Assembly: GCA_963663805.2 (NCBI GenBank) | Contig: CAXXMR010000010.1 | Location: 1-64,000 of the forward strand | Length of the DNA: 64,000 nucleotides | From: Sedimentisphaerales bacterium | Lineage (GTDB): Bacteria > Planctomycetota > Phycisphaerae > Sedimentisphaerales > SM23-30 | Reading direction: 5' to 3' | Shown: piece after piece, positions 60,643 through 64,000 of the stretch | Layout of the letters: each line of letters starts with the position of its first letter | How positions within the stretch are numbered: the first letter of the stretch is position 1 | Program-made: the position numbers and the translations under genes | Notes under the pieces: model-generated | Database searches by the model: none | Told to the model about the DNA's origin: nothing | The model's input: only the letters and a program-made list of their open reading frames with translations

Positions 60643-62232
60643 GTAACATTTTAGCCAAGTGAAGCAAATTCTATAGCTTTTGGGTTGGCTTGTGCAAAAA
60701 AAAGACAAAAAAACTTCAAAATGTTAAGATGGGTAATTTGCGCTATTGCGTGTAATGGTTTATAGTTTCAGCATGATGAAGCCGAATGCTGAACAGGCTA
60801 TCGCCGACCTGGCCTTAGAGCAGGAATTGACTGCGGAGCAGGCTGAGCTTATTTACGAGCAAGGCAGAGAGGCGGTGGTTTTTGTTTTGCTGAGACTGTC
60901 GAAACTGGCAGCGGAAAAAACACAAGGTACGTTAGTTGCCGGCAGTCCGGCTGATCCTTCGTGTCCCTCAGGTCAGAAGCCGGTTTTTGTCAAGCCGAAC
61001 AAAACAGATAAAAAACGCGGCAAAAAGTTTGGCCGTAAAAAAGGGCATCAAGGTACTCGCCGCAATCTGCCGACCCAAATAGACCGTACCGAAGAACATC
61101 GCGCTTCATGTTGTCCGGACTGCGGCGGCGAACTGAAAAAATGTTCCGGCACACGTGAACGAATCATCGAAGACATCCCGGAAGATGTTCGCGTTGAGAC
61201 GGTAAAGCATGTTATTCATCGCGACTGGTGTCCGAACTGTCGCAAGGCGGTTGAGCCGATCGTAACCGATGCTCTGCCAAAATCATCTATTGGCAATGGT
61301 ATTGTGGTTTTGTGTGCCTGGCTCCACTTTGCGTTGGGCAATACGATAGCGCAGATCCTGGAGGTGTTTAATTTTCATCTCCGGTTTAAGATGTCGCCGG
61401 GCGGATTAGTCCAGATGTGGCATCGTTTAGCGGATATACTCCTGGCCTGGTACGAAGAAATAATCGAGGACATTCAAAAAGCCGGTGTCCTGCACGGCGA
61501 TGAGACCGGCTGGCGGGTAAACGGTAAAACGCATTGGTTATGGTGCTTTACCAGCCATCAAGCCACGATTTTTACGGTCGAGCAGTCGCGGGCCGGGCCG
61601 GTGGTTTTGGAATTTATCAAAGAATGTTTCAACGGCGTGTTCGTAAGTGACTTCTGGTATGCTTACAATGTATTGTCATGCGCCAAACAAAAGTGCCTGG
61701 TTCACTTACTGCGTGATTTGGAGCGAGTCTGGAAAGCCAAAGACCACAGCGGCGATTGGCCGAGGTTCTCCAAAAAACTCAAACGATTAATTCGCGACGC
61801 GATACGCCTGCGTAAACGCATCGATGAACTGGATGCGACGGTTTACCAGCGGCGCTGCCAACGAATCGAAAAACGCTTGGATCTTATTATCGCGCATGAG
61901 TGGTCGAACAAGGAAGCTCAGCGGTTGATTAAGCGTTTGAAACGCCATCATGATGAGCTGTTCACTTTTCTGAGCAATCGCGAGGTGCCGTTCGATAATA
62001 ATTTTGGCGAACGCAGCATTCGCGGCGCGGTGATCATGCGAAAGAACAGCTATAACAACCGCAGCGACCGTGGAGCCCGAACGCAATCGGTGCTGATGAG
62101 CGTGTTTTTTACCCTGAAACAACGCGGCCTAAACCCGGTTGCTACCATCAAAAAAGCCCTGCGAACATACATCAAAACCGGCAAATTGCCAAAACTCGCG
62201 GAGTTCTCTGCTTCACTTGGCTAAAGTGTTAC
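60643..62232 (+). mobile_element. IS66-family element, single-ORF (ISBst12-like), 1590 bp
   Basis: 24-bp IRs GTAACA(T/C)TTTAGCCAAGTGAAGCA; 8-bp TSD AAAAGATT (60635-60642, 62233-62240). Confidence 0.95.
60746..62224 (+). CDS. IS66 DDE transposase (TnpC)
   Basis: CPDCGG zinc finger, HGDETGW, VSDF..AY, QKCLVHLLR, DNNFGERSIR. Confidence 0.95.
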   Translation: MRVMVYSFSMMKPNAEQAIADLALEQELTAEQAELIYEQGREAVVFVLLRLSKLAAEKTQGTLVAGSPADPSCPSGQKPVFVKPNKTDKKRGKKFGRKKGHQGTRRNLPTQIDRTEEHRASCCPDCGGELKKCSGTRERIIEDIPEDVRVETVKHVIHRDWCPNCRKAVEPIVTDALPKSSIGNGIVVLCAWLHFALGNTIAQILEVFNFHLRFKMSPGGLVQMWHRLADILLAWYEEIIEDIQKAGVLHGDETGWRVNGKTHWLWCFTSHQATIFTVEQSRAGPVVLEFIKECFNGVFVSDFWYAYNVLSCAKQKCLVHLLRDLERVWKAKDHSGDWPRFSKKLKRLIRDAIRLRKRIDELDATVYQRRCQRIEKRLDLIIAHEWSNKEAQRLIKRLKRHHDELFTFLSNREVPFDNNFGERSIRGAVIMRKNSYNNRSDRGARTQSVLMSVFFTLKQRGLNPVATIKKALRTYIKTGKLPKLAEFSASLG

Positions 62233-63387
62233 AAAAGATTGAACCTTGGGTACGACCTCCGGATCATACCAGTCTGCCCGCGTTACCGCCGCCTTGAGAT
62301 TGTCAATTACAATGGTTTGCGGCACCCCGCCGAAATACCAGAAGGCCTTTTCCAGACAACGCAAAAAACTATCGGTACTCTGATGGAATACCGTTTCACT
62401 GTAGGCTTTGCGGGAACAACTCAGGACGATCCGGAAGACGTAACTTCTTTTGCGTTTGCCGTTGGGCAGAGGAATATATCGGGCAGTACCGAAATCAATC
62501 TGAGCTTCCAGACCTGGCGAACATTCCAGACGCCGAAAAGGCAGAGGATTGGTGTGCCGCAGCTTGCCAACGTAACGCCGTACACTGTAGTAGCTGCCGG
62601 TGAAATTATGGTCCGCTGCCAGATCCTGGTAAATTCGCTGAGCAGAGAGTTCCTGCTGAACCATCGGGACGATCAATTCGTGGTATTGGACACATTGACT
62701 GGTAGAACCGGGCGGAATCGAGATAGAATCGACCTCAGAGCCGGGGGACGCCTTGGCCGGTTTTGAATCCCCCAGGGGCGCCCCGTACGGAGCAGATGCC
62801 GCCTGCCTGTCGACTGGCTTAGTCGATTCGCCTTCGGAAGGCCCGTCATCGTTGCCTGGCACCTCACGAAGCCGCCAATACCGGGCCACCGTCTCCCTGT
62901 GAATGCCTAACTCCCGTTCAATACGACGGTTAGACCAGCCACGATCCTTGAGTTGTAATACCGTTTGTACCTGTGCCATCGTCAAATAGTTCGCCATTTT
63001 GTGCCTCTGATAACCTGAGTTTTTACCCAGATTAACAAAGACAAACATTTCAACTATTCAATTTTGGCCGGTTTTGAGCGCCCCTTGACACGATATTAAC
63101 TTAACAATGGGTAGATATACCCATGTACTTCACGGGCAGGAGCAAGCTGCTATAGAAGCACTGCCGGATTTTAGAGACCCCGCCCAGGAATCCCAGAAAA
63201 GAACCGGGACAGATGATACCGATTTGTCCTCTCAGGGCCCCAATTTTCACCTTGCCAAAATACTTGACAAAACAGGCGTACAGGAACGGATTTCAGCGAA
63301 TAAAAGCGGAGATTTGACCAATAGTATAGATACCCCCAAAACAGCCCTGAAAGCCCAAAAACCGCGTTTTCAGGCCCTTAAAGGCAC

Positions 63388-63462
63388 TACACCCGAGAGG
63401 ACTCGAACCTCCGACCTACGGTTTAGGAAACCGTCGCTCTATCCTGGCTGAGCTACGGGTGC
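63388..63462 (-). tRNA. tRNA-Arg(CCT)
   Basis: GCACCCG/CGGGTGT acceptor, TAGCTCAG D-arm, ACGGT-TTCCTAA-ACCGT anticodon arm, GGTTCGAGTCC T-arm; CCA not encoded. Confidence 0.96.
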
Positions 63463-63473
63463 ATGGAGGTATT

Positions 63474-64000
63474 TTAGCGGTAAGTTCGGCATTTACAATG
63501 GTTTTTTGAGGATTTTGGGGGGTCTGCTGAATTGGTGATTTTAGGGGCTAAATATTCGTCAAAATCCGTCAAAATACGCTGTTTGGCGCACAACTTGGCA
63601 AGGGATTTGGCAAGGTGAAAATCGGTCCCTGTTTTGGGGTTTTCGGCGTCATCGGTCCCGGTTCGCCTCTGGGATTCCTGGGCGGGGTCCGTGAAGTCGG
63701 GCAGGGCATCAATGGCGGCCTGTTCCTGTCCGTGTAGGACGTGGGTATATCGGCCCATAGTCAGGTTAATATCGCTATGTCTCATAAGCTTCTGGGCTGT
63801 TTTGGGGTGGGTCCCGCCTGCTGCCAGTAAGGTTCCGAAGGTGTGACGCAGGGCGTGGAAGTCGAGCTTGCCTGAGCCATTGTTGGCGGGGTCGATACCG
63901 GCCTTGGTCAAATCCTTTTTCAGCATCCGGGCCATATTGCCCTTGTGGGGCAAGTTGAACGCTTGGGCCTGGGGAAGTTTGCCTCTAAGGTGTTCCCGGA
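63474..64000 (-). CDS. Tyrosine recombinase/integrase, C-terminal part (runs off window end)
   Basis: DFHALRHTF...LMRHSDINLTMGRYTH with intact H-x-x-R, H and Y. Confidence 0.9.
   Translation of the reverse strand, partial: REHLRGKLPQAQAFNLPHKGNMARMLKKDLTKAGIDPANNGSGKLDFHALRHTFGTLLAAGGTHPKTAQKLMRHSDINLTMGRYTHVLHGQEQAAIDALPDFTDPAQESQRRTGTDDAENPKTGTDFHLAKSLAKLCAKQRILTDFDEYLAPKITNSADPPKSSKNHCKCRTYR

Larger units (their letters stand above)
59789..62997 (-). pseudogene. istA: IS21 transposase IstA disrupted by IS66 (N-part 62233-62997, C-part 59789-60642)
   Basis: HTH, AQIDFG, FGGVP...IDNLKAAV; PRHKGKVE, YYSVP; halves join in frame at QSF|YVHYG. Confidence 0.93.
58802..63090 (-). mobile_element. 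IS21-family element, interrupted by IS66
   Basis: Terminal IRs TGTCAATGGGCGCTTGAAAACCGGCCA / TGTCAAGGGGCGCTCAAAACCGGCCA; 6-bp TSD CGATAT (58796-58801, 63091-63096); istA and istB. Confidence 0.95.
58701..63387 (+). pseudogene. Tyrosine integrase C-terminal remnant split by IS21 (pieces 58701-58801 and 63091-~63387)
   Basis: Removing the IS and one TSD copy gives KLDFHALQHTFGTLLAVAGTHPKTAQKLMRHGDINLTMGRYTH; catalytic R of HxLR is Q; N-terminus absent. Confidence 0.88.

Noticed and set aside
63107..63451. Standalone 114-aa gene overlapping the tRNA
   Set aside because: It is the tail of the IS-split integrase reading through the tRNA antisense strand

Overview
Bacterial genomic window that looks like a planctomycete (Phycisphaerae/Sedimentisphaerales-like; inferred from dockerin-like C-termini, a PEP-CTERM protein and H-X9-DG prepilins). 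Layout: (1) 1-15.4 kb, minus-strand carbohydrate/ulosonic-acid utilisation cluster (GH31, FGE+BNR, DapA/NanA-like aldolase, Nramp-like transporter, split transketolase, sialidase-like and other GHs, GDPD, SSS transporter). (2) 15.7-27.1 kb, glycerol-phosphate module (prepilin, 1603-aa secreted metallophosphoesterase, GlpT, GlpP, GlpA-like oxidoreductases) with two similar antitermination-type leaders. (3) 27.6-32.9 kb, housekeeping genes (ruvX, manC, lysC, apgM-like, hom). (4) 34.1-39.3 kb, a type VI-B2 CRISPR locus: a ~1066-aa Cas13b split by five +1 frameshifts that look like sequencing errors, csx28, a 6-repeat/5-spacer array with a GCTG...CAGC 36-nt repeat, no cas1/cas2, then a repeat-like orphan hairpin and a tandem array of 20/21-bp palindromes. 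(5) S41 protease and an IS110 remnant. (6) 43-58.5 kb, divergent glycan locus whose central 5.5 kb is bracketed by a 662-bp near-perfect inverted repeat, with twin promoters sharing an operator-like motif. (7) 58.7-64 kb, IS66 nested in IS21 nested in a dead tyrosine integrase, then tRNA-Arg(CCT) and a second, related integrase converging on it. All family calls come from motif recognition by eye; no searches were run.
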